This document shows, one piece after another, positions 30,040-41,130 of a DNA stretch of 64,000 nt (position 1 is the first letter of the stretch; each line of letters opens with the position of its first letter). The position numbers were made by a program, and so were the translations under genes. Source of the stretch: the human T2T-CHM13v2.0 reference genome, Homo sapiens. Where the stretch lies: assembly GCA_009914755.4 (NCBI GenBank), contig CP068257.2, positions 16,320,001 through 16,384,000 on the forward strand. Direction: 5' to 3'. Under the pieces are notes generated by a model. It saw nothing but the letters and a program-made list of their open reading frames with translations, was not told the DNA's origin and made no database searches.

Positions 30040-32098
30040 AACATTTTTTCCATGTGTAAAATATTTTTATGTTTTATTAATACAAAATAATTGTACATAT
30101 TTATAGGATACATGTAATATTTTGATATATACATACAATGTATAATAATCAAATCAGTAATTAGGATATCTGTTACCTAAAACATTTATTATTTGTGTTG
30201 GTTACAATTTAAAATGACTCTTCCAGCTATTTTGAAATATACAACAAATTATTATTAATTAAAGTCACCCTACTGTGCTATTGAATACTAGAACTTATTC
30301 CTTCTATCTAATGATATGTTTGGACCTAATAAATAACCTCTCTTCACCTTCCACCTTTTTTCCGAGGCTCAAGTAACCATTGTCTAACTCTCTCCCTTTA
30401 TGAGATCAACTGTTTAAGCTCCCATCTGTGAGTGAGAACGTTTGATATTTGTCTGTGTGTAGTTTATTTCATTTAACATAATGACCCCCAGTTCTATCCA
30501 TGTTGCTACAGTTGACAGAATTTCTTTCTTTTCCATGGCTGAGTACTATTCCATTGTGTATATATATCACATTTTCTTTATCCATTCATCATTGATGGAC
30601 ACTGGGATTGATTTCTTGTCTTGGCTTTTGTGAATAATGCAGCAATAAATGCTGGGGTGCAGGTATATCTTTGATATACTGATTTCCTTTTCTTTTGATA
30701 AATACCCAGTAGTGTGATTTCTGTATTATACAGTGGTCTTATTTTTAGCTTTTTGAGAAACTTTCATACCGTTTTCTATAATGGATGTATTAATTTACAT
30801 TCCCACCAACAATGTATAAGAGTTCCCTTTTCTCCATATTCTCACTAGCATCTATTATTTTTTGTCTTTTTGATAGTAGCCATGCCAACTATGGTGAGAT
30901 GGTATTTCATTGTGGCTTTTATTTGTATTCCTCTAATGATTAGTGATTTTGAGCATTTTTTAATATACCTATTGGCCATTTGTATGCATCCTTTTGGGAA
31001 ATGCCTATTCATGTCTTTTGCTCACTTTTAAATGAGATTATTTGATTTTTTTTTTTTTTTTGGTGTGGGGAGGTGTTGAGTTGTTTGCATTTCTTATATA
31101 TTCTGAATATCAATCTCTTGTCCAATAAACAGTTTGTGAATATTTGCTCCCATTTAACAGGTTGTCTCTTTATGCTGTTGTATCCTTTGCTGTACAGAGG
31201 CTTTATAGTTTAATATAGTACCATTTGTTTATTTGAAGTCATAGCCATTTGCTTTTGAAGTCATAGCCATAAAACCTTTGCCTTAATCAATGTCATGATG
31301 CATTTCCCCTATGTTTTCTTTTAGTAGTTTTATAGTTTCAGATCTTACATTTAAGCATTTAATCCATTTTCAGTTGATGTTTGTATATGGTGAGAGCTAG
31401 GGGCCTAGTTTCATTCCTCTGCATATTGATATCCAGTTTTCCCAGCACCAGTTATTGAAGAGACTGTCCTTTCTTCAGTGTATGTTCTTGGTGCCTTTGT
31501 TGAAAATAAGTTGGCTATGAATATATGGATTTATTTCTGGGTTCTCTATTATTTTCCATTGGCCTATATGTCTGTTTTTTATACCAATACCATGCTGTTT
31601 TGGTTACTATAGCTTTGTAATATATTTCAAAGTCAGGTAGTGTGATGCCTCTAGTTCTTTTTGTTTAGTATTGCTTTGGCTATTTGGCATCTTTTTGTGG
31701 TTCCATACAAATTTTCTATTTCTATGAAGACTATCATTGATATTTTGATAGTGATTACATTGAATCTGTAGATTGCTTTGGGCAGTGGTGGTCATTTTAA
31801 CAATGTTAATTCTTCCAATCCATGAGCATGGGGTGTCTTTCCATTTGTTTGTGCTTTCAATTTCTTTCATCAGTGTTTTGCAGTTTTCACTGTAGAGATA
31901 TTTCACCTCCTTGTTGAAACTTACCCTAGGTAATTTATTTATTTATTTTTGTACCTACTGTAAATGGGATTGCTTTCTTGATGTCTTTTTTTAGATAGTT
32001 TGCTATTGGTGTATAGAAATGCTTCTGATTTTTGAACATTGATTTTGTGTCCTACAACTTTCTTGAATTTGTTTATCAGTTCTCAGAGTTTCTGGTGG
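30040..32098 (-). mobile_element. old L1 (L1MA/L1PB-like), ORF2 C-terminal half + 3'UTR, antisense
   Basis: 3'UTR antisense (GGATACATGTAATATTTTGATATATACATACAATGTATAATAATCAAATCAG...CTCCCATCTGTGAGTGAGAACG...). Track ORF 31607-31906 (-) is an L1 ORF2 fragment (…[18 protein letters not shown]…). Small internal 14-bp tandem duplication at about 31240-31275. Confidence 0.8.
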
Positions 32099-32327
32099 AG
32101 TTTTTTTTTTTTTTTTTTCAGACAGAGTTTCACTTCTGTTGCTTCAGCCTCCCGAGTAGCCGGGATTACAGGCATGCACCACCACTCCCAACTAATTTTG
32201 TATTTTTAGTAGAGACGGGGTTTCTCCATGTTGGTCAGACTGGTCTGAAACTCCCGACCTCAGGTGATCGCTTGCCTCAGCCTCCGAAAGTCCTGGGACC
32301 ACAGGTGTGAGCCACGGCGCCCGGCCG
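32099..32327 (-). mobile_element. Alu (antisense, internally deleted) inserted into the old L1
   Basis: Poly-T then CAGACAGAGTTTCACTTCTGTTGCTTCAGCCTCCCGAGTAGCCGGGATTACAGGCATGCACCACCACTCCCAACTAATTTTGTATTTTTAGTAGAGACGGGGTTTCTCCATGTTGGTCAGACTGGTCTGAAACTCCCGACCTCAGGTGATCGCTTGCCTCAGCCTCCGAAAGTCCTGGGACCACAGGTGTGAGCCACGGCGCCCGGCC. Confidence 0.8.
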
Positions 32328-32339
32328 AGGGTTTTTATT

Positions 32340-32591
32340 TGTATATAAAATCATGTCATCTGCAAAGAGGGACAATTTTACTTCCTCTTTTGCAATTTGA
32401 ACACCTTTAATTTCCTTCCATTTCCTCGTCTGGTTAGGACTTCTAGTACCATGTTGAATAAAAGTGGTGAAAGTGGGCATCCTTGTCTTGTTCCAGTTCT
32501 TAGTATTTTCATTTTTTTCCCATTCAGTATGATATTAGCTGCAGGTATTTCATACGTGGCTTTTATTATTTTGAGGTATGTTCTTTCTTTT
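32340..32591 (-). mobile_element. old L1 ORF2 (RT FADD-motif region), continuation of the 30040-32098 element
   Basis: Track ORF 32277-32480 (-) is …[27 protein letters not shown]. Upstream antisense encodes …[17 protein letters not shown]. Confidence 0.75.
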
Positions 32592-33240
32592 TTTAAAATT
32601 TAAATTTTAAGTTCAGGGATACATGTGCAGGTTTGTTATATGGGTTAACCTTTGTCATGGGGGTTTGTTGTACAGATTATTTCATCACCCAGGCATTAAG
32701 CCTAGTACCCATTTGTTATTTTTCTTGATCTTCTCCCTCCTCTCACCCATCACCCTCTGATAGGCCCCAGTGTCTGTTGTTCTCCTCTGTGTGTCCCTGT
32801 GTTCTCATCAATTAGCTCTCACTTGTAAGTGAGGACATGTAATATTTGTTTTCTGTTCCTGTGCTAGTTTGCTAAGGATAATGGCCTCCAGTGCCATCAT
32901 GTTCCTGCAAAGGACATGATCTCATTCTTTTTTATGGTTACATAATATTCCATGGCAAATATGTACCACATTTTCTTTATCCAGTCTATCATTGATGGGC
33001 ATTTAGGTTCATTCTATGTCTTTGCTATTGAGAATAGTGCCACAATGAACATACGTGTGCATATGTCTTCAGGAAAGAATGATTAATATTCCTTTGGGAA
33101 TATATCCAGTAATGGGATGGATAGGTAGAATAGTATTTCTGTTTTTATGTCTTTGAATAATCTCCACACTGTTTTCAACAATGATTGAACTAGCTTACAC
33201 TCCCACCAACAGTGTATGATCATTCCTCTTTCTCCAGAAC
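32592..33240 (-). mobile_element. younger L1PA-type 3' end (about 650 bp) nested inside the old L1, antisense
   Basis: TTTTTTTAAAATTTAAATTTTAAGTTCAGGGATACATGTGCAGGTTTGTTATATGGGTTAACCTTTGTCATGGGGGTTTGTTGTACAGATTATTTCATCACCCAGGCATTAAGCCTAGTACCC...CACCAACAGTGTATGATCATTCC. Confidence 0.8.
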
Positions 33241-33640
33241 CTTTTTCTAGACTTTCCAATTTGTTAGCATATAGCTTTTCATAATAGTTTCTAGTGATCC
33301 TTTGCTTTTCTGTGGTATCAGTTATAATGTCTCCTTTTTCATTTCTGATTTTATTTTTTTGAGTCTTCTTTCTTTTTTTCTTGGTTAGTTCAGCTATTGC
33401 CTTATTGATTTTGATTATTTTTTCAGAACACTAGCTTTTCATTTTGTTAATCCTTTATATTGTGTTTTAGGTCTCTATTGAGTTCTGCTCTGATCTTTAC
33501 TATTTGTTTTCTTCCTCTAATTTTGGGTTTTGTTTCTTCTTGTTTATCTAGTTCCTTGAGGTGCTTTGTTAAATTGTTTATTTGAAATCTTGGGCTCTGG
33601 CAGTGTTAGTTCTGTGTGAACCAGTCCTCAGGCCTGCAGC
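33241..33640 (-). mobile_element. old L1 ORF2 N-proximal segment (post-endonuclease), 5' truncation point of the old L1
   Basis: Revcomp encodes ...LKELDKQEETKPKIRGRKQIVKIRAELNRDLKHNIKD-(indel)[50 protein letters not shown]...[15 protein letters not shown]..., which is ORF2 about aa 220-330. Confidence 0.7.
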
Positions 33641-34335
33641 AGCATGCTTGGGTACAGGTGGTGACAGCGATGGGCTGGGGTGGGCTGCTACTTAGGCCTT
33701 CTGGTAGTGTGTATGTCTTCAGTAATGGCAGTAGAGGGAGCAGGCCAATCCTCAAGTCCTCCAGCAGCATGTGTGGTCACCAGTGCAATGTCATGCTAGG
33801 AGGACCAATTCCCAGGCACTTGGGTGGGTCATGTGAGAGGGCACTGGTGGCAGTAGAGGCAGGCTTGGTGGGTTAGTCCTTGGGGCTCTGGGAGGCATGC
33901 ATGTGTGCCCACAGGCCTGTGGATGGCCCACACGTGTCCTGATGGTAGTGGACTGAGAGGTCTAATTTCCAGGCCCGTGGAGGTTGTGTGTGTATGCACT
34001 GGCAACGGTAGTCAGGGCAGCTTGATTTCTAGGCTTCTGGATGATGTGCGTCAGTGACAGCAGTGGCAGTGGCAGGTGGGACAGACCTGTCCTCAGGCTT
34101 CCAGATGGTGTGTGTGGGTGCCGATGGCAGAAGGCAGGGTTCAACCCCCCAGGTAATGTGTGTGGTATGTGGGTGCCAGCAGTGGCAGTTAGTAGATTGA
34201 GCCTGTTTGTAGGTCCTGGGACAGCACATGTAGGTATGCGAGGACCCTGCCACTGGAGGGGGATGGGGTTACTGGAGTAGGTGGGTTTGCTGTCAGTGTC
34301 AGTGGACCCAGGCTCTGGGGAGCAAATACTTTGGC
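33640..34335. repeat. degenerate tandem array, about 10 units of about 55-70 bp (minisatellite-like), family unknown
   Basis: Recurring unit architecture GGCAGT(R)G..AGGC..(T)CCTCAGGCYTCCAGRWGRTGTGTG..GCC.. with (G)TGTGTG cores at about 33704, 33770, 33895, 33985, 34043, 34103, 34158 and 34225. Not Alu, L1, MaLR or SVA by eye. Confidence 0.5.
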
Positions 34336-36898
34336 TTCCTTTGTTTGTGGGGCAACCTCGCTGGTGCACTGTACTGCCCATTCTCCAGGATGTAGGGCAC
34401 TGCATGGGCCAGAGTGCTAGGGACCTGATCGCACCCCTTGATCCAGACAGCGTCATGATGCTGCAGCCCTCTGGGTAGCCACAGAGGGATGTCACCAAAG
34501 CTCCCAAGATTTGGAAATTCAGGGCCTGTTGGGACGCAGGGCAGGATATGGTCTGGTGGGGACTGGGCTCTCAAAATGGTGCCATGCTGTAGCTGCTTGG
34601 GTCATGGCACAAACTTCCTCTGGAAAAATGTCTTCTCATGGATTCCAGGCAACTGTCTATATTAGTCTCAGGATATGTGAGGGCCATGGGGCTCTCCTGT
34701 GGCTAGGATTACAGGAGTCTGCCATGGGAATGTAGACTGCTGGGGCCTTTTTGCTTACATTTTCCCCAAAATGGGGAGTGCTTTCTCACTCTGAGCTTAT
34801 GCCAGCCAGGCTGGCTATTTCACTTTCATCTCCTTCTGTGCTTCAAGCACTCCCTGTCACTTCCCTGCTGAATTCCAGTGTTCTCTCTCAGGTGCTCTAT
34901 TCAGCATGTGGTTATCTACTTGCTGTTTTGGTCCTTCTTTGTGGTGGAGGCAAGTGCCAGATGTCTCTTATCAGCCATCTTGAAGCTGGTCTCCATATTC
35001 TTAAATGATACTAAACAACAATCCCATCTCTTGTGCAGTTAGGTTCCTGCCTTTGCTGTCACCACCACCTTAATTATCTCTAACTGTACCTACATCTTTA
35101 GGTCACTTCCTTCATATTTAGAGTCTTGCTGAAGAACACTGGATCAGTCAGAACTGGGTTTAATGCCTGTGGCCTAACTGCTGGAGTATTGAGAGAAGGA
35201 ATCAGTTCTTTCAACCTCTGGAGTAAAAAGTGTAGCCCCAAATCTCATTTACTTTTGCAGACCTCCAGGTGAGATGAAAGTATCTCCTACATCTGTATTT
35301 GATCCATTTTGTATTCTGGCTAAACCTACTTTTTCAATATGATCACTCAATTATCTCACCCATGTATCCTGGGCTTCTGTTGAACTGAATGACTTGCTAT
35401 TTCTTGTATATGTTATGTGGCATCTGATTGAGTGACTTTTGACTCATCATTTATTTTTTTTTTTGCAAAGGCTCATTTTACCTATGGTCACATGCTTCCC
35501 ATCCTTGAGCGTCTAACTCAAATGCAGTCAGTTATATTAAGGTTATCATGTTCCCCAAGACAGAACATTATTCTTTTTGATAAGATCAAATACCTCCTGT
35601 TGGTAAATTGAAGTTTCAATGTAAATTATAGTCTAAAGAATAGGGAAAACATGAGGCTACAGTGAAGGTAGTCAACCAAGAGAGGAAGAAAAACTAAATA
35701 ATAATGTTTCTCCTTCAGAAATCTGCACCTTTCTTAGGTACTTGTGAACATGCTGTATCCTTGCCTCTGGACTTATACAGCTTGAGGGCATGAACTGTGT
35801 CTGATTATCTTGGACTCCTCTGCAGGTCTCAGTAGAGTGGGTTAACAACTGCTCAGTCTAGTGAAGAAGGCAGCCAAATATATGAAGATGGAAAACAGTC
35901 TGCTAAGTGGCATCACATAAGTAAGAAACTCAGTGGGGATGCCAAAAAGGGGAATCAAATGGACTCTCCGGAAAATCATCTCAGAGGGATTTGACCTGGA
36001 AATTAAAGGATAAATGTATTTTTGCCAAGCTGCCAAGGTAGTAGAGGGGCTAAGTGTTTAGATTTTATCTTGAATATGAAAAGGAACTTTTTAATAATAA
36101 ACACTCTTCAACAAAGACTGAAGTACCTCATGAATTTATAGACCTGAAGGTGTTTAATCAGAGGCTGGTTGACTATTTTTGCAGAATTTATGGAAGAAAT
36201 TCATAAACTCTTTGGATGAAACCTATGAGAAACCTGAAAATTTTAAATTTATATGATTCCTATCATAAAATTCTATGAGGGTAAAGATTAAACATGATTA
36301 GAGAATTTTTATTAGCTAAATACATATTACTTTAAAAATTAAAACCATTTATTTAACTAGTAGAGAAACATACATTTTATTCTGATTTTAAAAAAAACAT
36401 GAAAAATCACTTTTGTCACCAGAACATTGAACAAATAAGACTACCAATGATAATTATAAAGCAACTTTAATTTTATTTCCCACCTTTCTTTTAAGTTCAT
36501 AATATGCGATTAGTTACTCTGCTTCTCCTGGAGAAATTCTCATGTTGCATTTGTCTTCCAAATAATCTCTTGAATAACTGGTATGTCTAGATATGTGGAA
36601 TAATCAAAACTTTAATCTTAATATAAAGTCAAAGCTGCAATCCAAAACCTGTATGGAGGGAGACAGGGCATGGCCAGCTTTCCTTCCTCCTCACTTTGGC
36701 TTCTGCCTTTTCTCTGTCTTCTTGCTGTGTGTGTTTCTGATTCCTCCAGGGACTTGCCAAAGATGGGAGCAAGAAAGGCCATACTAGGCTAGTACTGCTA
36801 CGAGCCAACATCAACATTCCCTGGGCTTGGCAGATATTGGAAAATGACTCTTTTGTTGTATTATATGGAGATGGGTAGTAGATTCTATGTAGACCTTG

Positions 36899-37264
36899 TG
36901 TATTAGTTCATTTTCATGCTGCTGATAAAGACATACCTGAAACTGAGAAGAAAAAAAGGTTTAGTTGAACTTACAGCTCTACATGGCTGGGGATGCCATG
37001 CCTCAGAATCATAGCGGGAGATGAAAGGCACTTCTTACATGGTGGTGGCAAGAGAAAAATGAGGAAAAAGTGAAAACGGAAACCCCTGATATGCCCATCG
37101 GATCTCCTGAGACTTTTTCACTATCATGAGAATAGCACAGGAAAGACCAGCCTTCATGATTCAATTATCTCCCCCACCCCTCCAGCCCCTCCCACAACAC
37201 GTGGGAATTCTGGGAGATACAATTCAAGTTGAGATTTGGATGGGGACACAGCCAAGCCGTATAA
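36899..37264 (-). mobile_element. MaLR (THE1/MST-type) LTR, the 3' LTR of a full-length minus-strand element
   Basis: TGTATTAGTTCATTTTCATGCTGCTGATAAAGACATACCTGAAACTGAGAAG...CCCACAACACGTGGGAATTCTGGGAGATACAATTCAAGTTGAGATTTGGATGGGGACACAGCCAAGCCGTAT. Confidence 0.85.
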
Positions 37265-38836
37265 TTCCACCCCTGGCCCCTCCAAATCTCATGTCCTCAC
37301 ATTTCAAAACTAATTATGCCTTCCCAACAGTCCCCCAAAGTCTTAACTCATTTCAGCATTAACTTAAAAGTCCACAGTCCAAAGTCTCATCTGAGACAAG
37401 GCAAGTCCCTTCCACCTATGAGCCTATCAAATGAAAAGCAAGCTAGTTACTTCCTAGATACAATGGGAGTACAGGTATTGGGTAAATAGAGCTGTTCCAA
37501 ATGGGAGAAATTGGCCAAAGCAAAGTGGTTACAGGGCCATGCAAGTCTGAAATCCAGTGGGACAGTCAAATTTTAAAGCTCCAAAATGATCTCCTTTGAC
37601 TTCAGGTCTCACACCCAGGTCATGCTGATGCAAGAGGTGAGTTCTGATGGTCTTGGGCAGCTCCACCCCTGTGGCTTTTCAGGGTACAGTCTCTCTCCTG
37701 GCTGCTTTCATGGGCTGGCATTTAGTGTCTGTGGCTTTTCCAGGTGTATGGTGCAAGCTGTTGGTGGATCTATCATTTTAGGGTCTGGAGGACTGTGGCC
37801 CTCTTCTCACAGCTCCATTAGGTGGTGCCCCAGTAGGGAACCTGTGTGGGAGCTCTGACCCCACATTTCTCTTCTGGACTGCCCTAGCAGATGTTCTTCA
37901 TGAGGGCTCTGCCCCTGCAGCAAACTTTTGCCTGGGCATCCAGGCATTTCCATACATCTTTTAAAATCTAGCCGGAGGTTCCTAAACCTCAATCCTTTAC
38001 TTCTGTGCACCCACAGGCTCAACACTACATGGAAGCTGCCAAGGCTTGGGGCTTCCACCCTCTGAAGCCACAGCCCAAGCTCTACGTTGGCCCCTTTCAG
38101 CCATGGCTGGAGCCTTGAACACAGAGCACCATGTCTCTAGGCTGCATACAGCTTGGGGACCCCGGGCCCAGCCCACAAAACCACTTTTTCCTCCTAGGCC
38201 TCCAGGCCTGTAATGTGAGGGGCTGCGGTGAAGGTCTCTGACATGGGCTGGAGATGTTTTCCCCATGGTATTGGTGATTAACATTAGGCTCCTTGCTACT
38301 TATGCAAATTTCTGCAGCCGGCTTGAATTTCTCCTCAAAAAATGGGTTTTTCATTCCTACTGCATTGTCAGGCTGCAAATTTTCTGAACCTTTATGCTGT
38401 TTCCCTTTTAAAACAGAATGCTTTTGACAGCACCCAAGTCACCTTTGAATGTTTTGCTGCTTAGAAATTTATTCTGCTAGATAGCCTAAATCATCTCTCT
38501 CAAGTTCAAAGTTCCACAAATCTTCAGGGCAGGGCAAAATGCCACCAGTCTCTTTGCTAAAACATAACAAGAATCACCTTTGCTGCAGTTCCCAGCAAGT
38601 TCCTCATCTCCATCTGAGACCACCTCAGCCTGGACCTTATTGTTCATATCACTTTCCGCATTTTTGTCAAAGCCATTCAGCAAGTCTCTAGGAGGTTCCT
38701 AACTTTTCCACATTTTTCTGTCTGCTTCTCAGCTCTCCAAACTGTTCCAACCTCTGCCTGTTACCCAGTTCCAAAGTCACTTCCACAGTTTTGGGTATCT
38801 TTTCAGCAACACCCCACTTTACTGTTACCAATTTAC
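37265..38836 (-). mobile_element. MaLR internal region (THE1/MST-int, about 1.57 kb), non-autonomous
   Basis: Lies between two same-orientation LTRs. Its antisense is homologous to the + strand internal region at 54881-56589 (for example CCTTGGTGGCTTC..., CAGAGGATATATGAAAA...). It has no gag/pol-like ORF. Confidence 0.8.
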
Positions 38837-39191
38837 TGTATTAGTTTGTCTTCACACTGCTAATAAACACATACGTGAAACTGTGGAAAAAAAAAGGTTT
38901 AATTGCATTTTCAGTTCCCCATGGCTGGGGATGCCTCACAATCATGGTGGGAGATGAAAGGCACTTCTTACGTGATGGCAGCAAGAGAAAAATGAGGAAG
39001 AAGCAAAAACAGAAACCCCTGATAAAAGCCATCAGATCTCATGAGACTTATTCACTATCACGAGAATAGCATGGGAAAGACCAGCCCCCATATTCAATTA
39101 CCTCCCACTGGGTCCCTCCCACAACACATGGGAATTCTAGGAGATACAATTCAAGCTGAGATTTGGGTGGGGACACAGCCAAACCACATCA
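38837..39191 (-). mobile_element. MaLR (THE1/MST-type) LTR, the 5' LTR of the same element
   Basis: TGTATTAGTTTGTCTTCACACTGCTAATAAACACATACGTGAAACTGTGG...CCCACAACACATGGGAATTCTAGGAGATACAATTCAAGCTGAGATTTGGGTGGGGACACAGCCAAACCACATCA. The element is flanked by a 5-bp direct repeat CCTTG (36894-36898) / CCTTC (39192-39196). Confidence 0.85.
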
Positions 39192-39636
39192 CCTTCCTTC
39201 AGCCAGAAAATCTCTCATCTGCAGTTTCTTGACATGGTTTGTCAGTCTCCAGCTTGGTCGTGTGTGAAGATGTACACCAACCTCTCTGAGCCTTTTAAAG
39301 TTAATTTTTTTTAAATCATGCTCAAGATGAGGAGAGAAATACTCTTCTTTCTCCATAGTAAAGAAGAAATAAACAGCTGCAGCACTCCAACAATATTTTT
39401 CCAAAGAAATTCTCTCTCAAATATCTAGTTTCAACTTCTTAAACACTTAAAGCGATTGCTAAAATAAGAGTTGCAAAATTGGGCTTTCGCTGTCTGTTTT
39501 TCAAATATTGTTATATTTTGATGGTCTGGCAATTCACTTCAGAACATGACTGTAATCAATATTTCTGACTTAGGGCCTCAGTCATAACTGAGGCTGAGTT
39601 CTAATTTAATAGCTGTTTATGTTAGGACCATCCTAA

Positions 39637-39671
39637 CTTTGTAGTGAAAGGATGATCCTTTCACTACAAAG
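39637..39671. repeat. 35-bp perfect palindrome (17-bp arms, 1-nt centre)
   Basis: CTTTGTAGTGAAAGGAT-G-ATCCTTTCACTACAAAG. The arms are exact reverse complements. Confidence 0.9.
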
Positions 39672-40060
39672 GTGAGATTCCCTAGATGCTTGCTAAATGC
39701 AAAGAATAATGTCACAGGCTTGTTCCTTGCCTTGCATAAAATATGTAACTATGATAACACTTTAATGGTGTTATAATTGTAAGATATTTTGGAGTTGGGA
39801 GTGCTCTTCTGCCCATCTTCCTAGTTTCCTGAAGTCCTGTATGAGCTTTGATGACGATAAGTTGCTTAACTGGGCCAGATATCTAATTAGCTATTAATTG
39901 CCACTCCTGTTTGTGTCTCTTGTTCTAGTAAGTCACTTTTCTTCCCCCACCTATACTTTTACCATGACATTGTTTAAATAATGGAAACACATTAGTTCTT
40001 CGTCTCTTGTGAACTTTAAAAACTTCCTTGGGTCATAAGAAAAAAGGCTTACCTGATTTT

Positions 40061-40163
40061 CCAAAAAGTGTTTCTCCTTGTTCCATGCAGGAAGGGCTTC
40101 TTTAGCATCCCCACACTGGTAATAAATTATTAAAGGGGTCTCATATGGACCTGCTGACAGCAC
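40061..40163 (-). CDS. candidate exon on minus strand (weak, unverified)
   Basis: On the minus strand: pyrimidine-rich ...TATTTATCACAG|TGCTGTCAGCAGGTCC... acceptor, then an open frame (V)LSAGPYETPLIIYYQCGDAKEALPAWNKEKHFLENQ ending at GAAAATCAG|GTAAGCC (consensus donor). The track ORF 39951-40163 reads through the donor. It is adjacent to a duplicated about 185-bp segment. Confidence 0.15.
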
Positions 40164-40980
40164 TGTGATAAATACTCATATTAATTATAAAAAATAACAG
40201 TGGTCAAAAATTCAAAGTTCAACATGACTTTCAGAACAGCTTTTTCTTTTTCTTTTTTTTTCCTGAGATAGGTTTCAAATTTCAACACTGAACTTTCCGA
40301 AAAACAGACTGCAACTTGATCCTAAAGATTAGTTTAGCACACTCTACTTTTTACCTTTGTTTTTAAGGAGAAAAAAATGGAAGAAGCTCATCATAATCAT
40401 GATCATCTAGTGTGAGATATACTCAGAGTCCAGGATAGGCCAGGTAGGAAACCAGGGACTATTTCAAACACTGGGCATGGGCCATCCTATGTAACATGGG
40501 ATGTGGGTGTGGAACCACAGGACTTGAGGCCAGAGACCACAGAACAACTGCAGGGTTAAGATAGGGCAGGGTCAAAAAAGAAAGCAAGAAAAAGAGCCAA
40601 ATGACTTCTAGACTATAGCTGAATTGAAAACCAGAAGACATTTTCAGTTAATGAGGGCGGAGTGTATGAGAACAAGGGTCACCCATTTCAGGGAATTTTG
40701 AAAACAAGTTGATAACATGCCAGACTTTGGTCTTATTGGTCTTGCTGCTTCCATGGGGATGTTTCCTGTGAGTGTGTTTAAAGGGCCCACAGGGCTCTAG
40801 ACAAATGGTCCATAAGGATGCCTTTCTTTTTGTTATAAATACAGTGTAATGGCATGCCTCATTTGCCAGTTAAAAGTCATAATGGCTTATTCAGATCCAT
40901 CATGCTAAGGATTACTCAGGGACTGTTGAATAGACACATGTTTCTGCTGCCAGAAAATACATTTAGTCCCCGTTTACACT

Positions 40981-41130
40981 ATATTACATTGTTATATGTT
41001 GCTTCTTCGTGAGTTTTTTTAAAAAGCCTAGGTAAGGAAGAGAGAGAATTCATGCATATTACATTGTTACATGTTGCTTCTTCACAAGTTGTTAAAAAGG
41101 CCTAGGTAAGGAAGAGAGAGAATTCATGCC
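40981..41130. repeat. tandem duplication, 2 x 75 bp (about 85% identical)
   Basis: ATATTACATTGTTAYATGTTGCTTCTTC..AGTT.TTAAAAAG.CCTAGGTAAGGAAGAGAGAGAATTCATGC occurs twice in tandem. Confidence 0.8.

Noticed and set aside
33962-34507. 181-aa ORF and several overlapping 65-91-aa ORFs on both strands
   Set aside because: They lie entirely in the degenerate GC-rich tandem array. Open frames appear in multiple frames and strands at once, which is the expected artefact of low stop-codon content, not coding.
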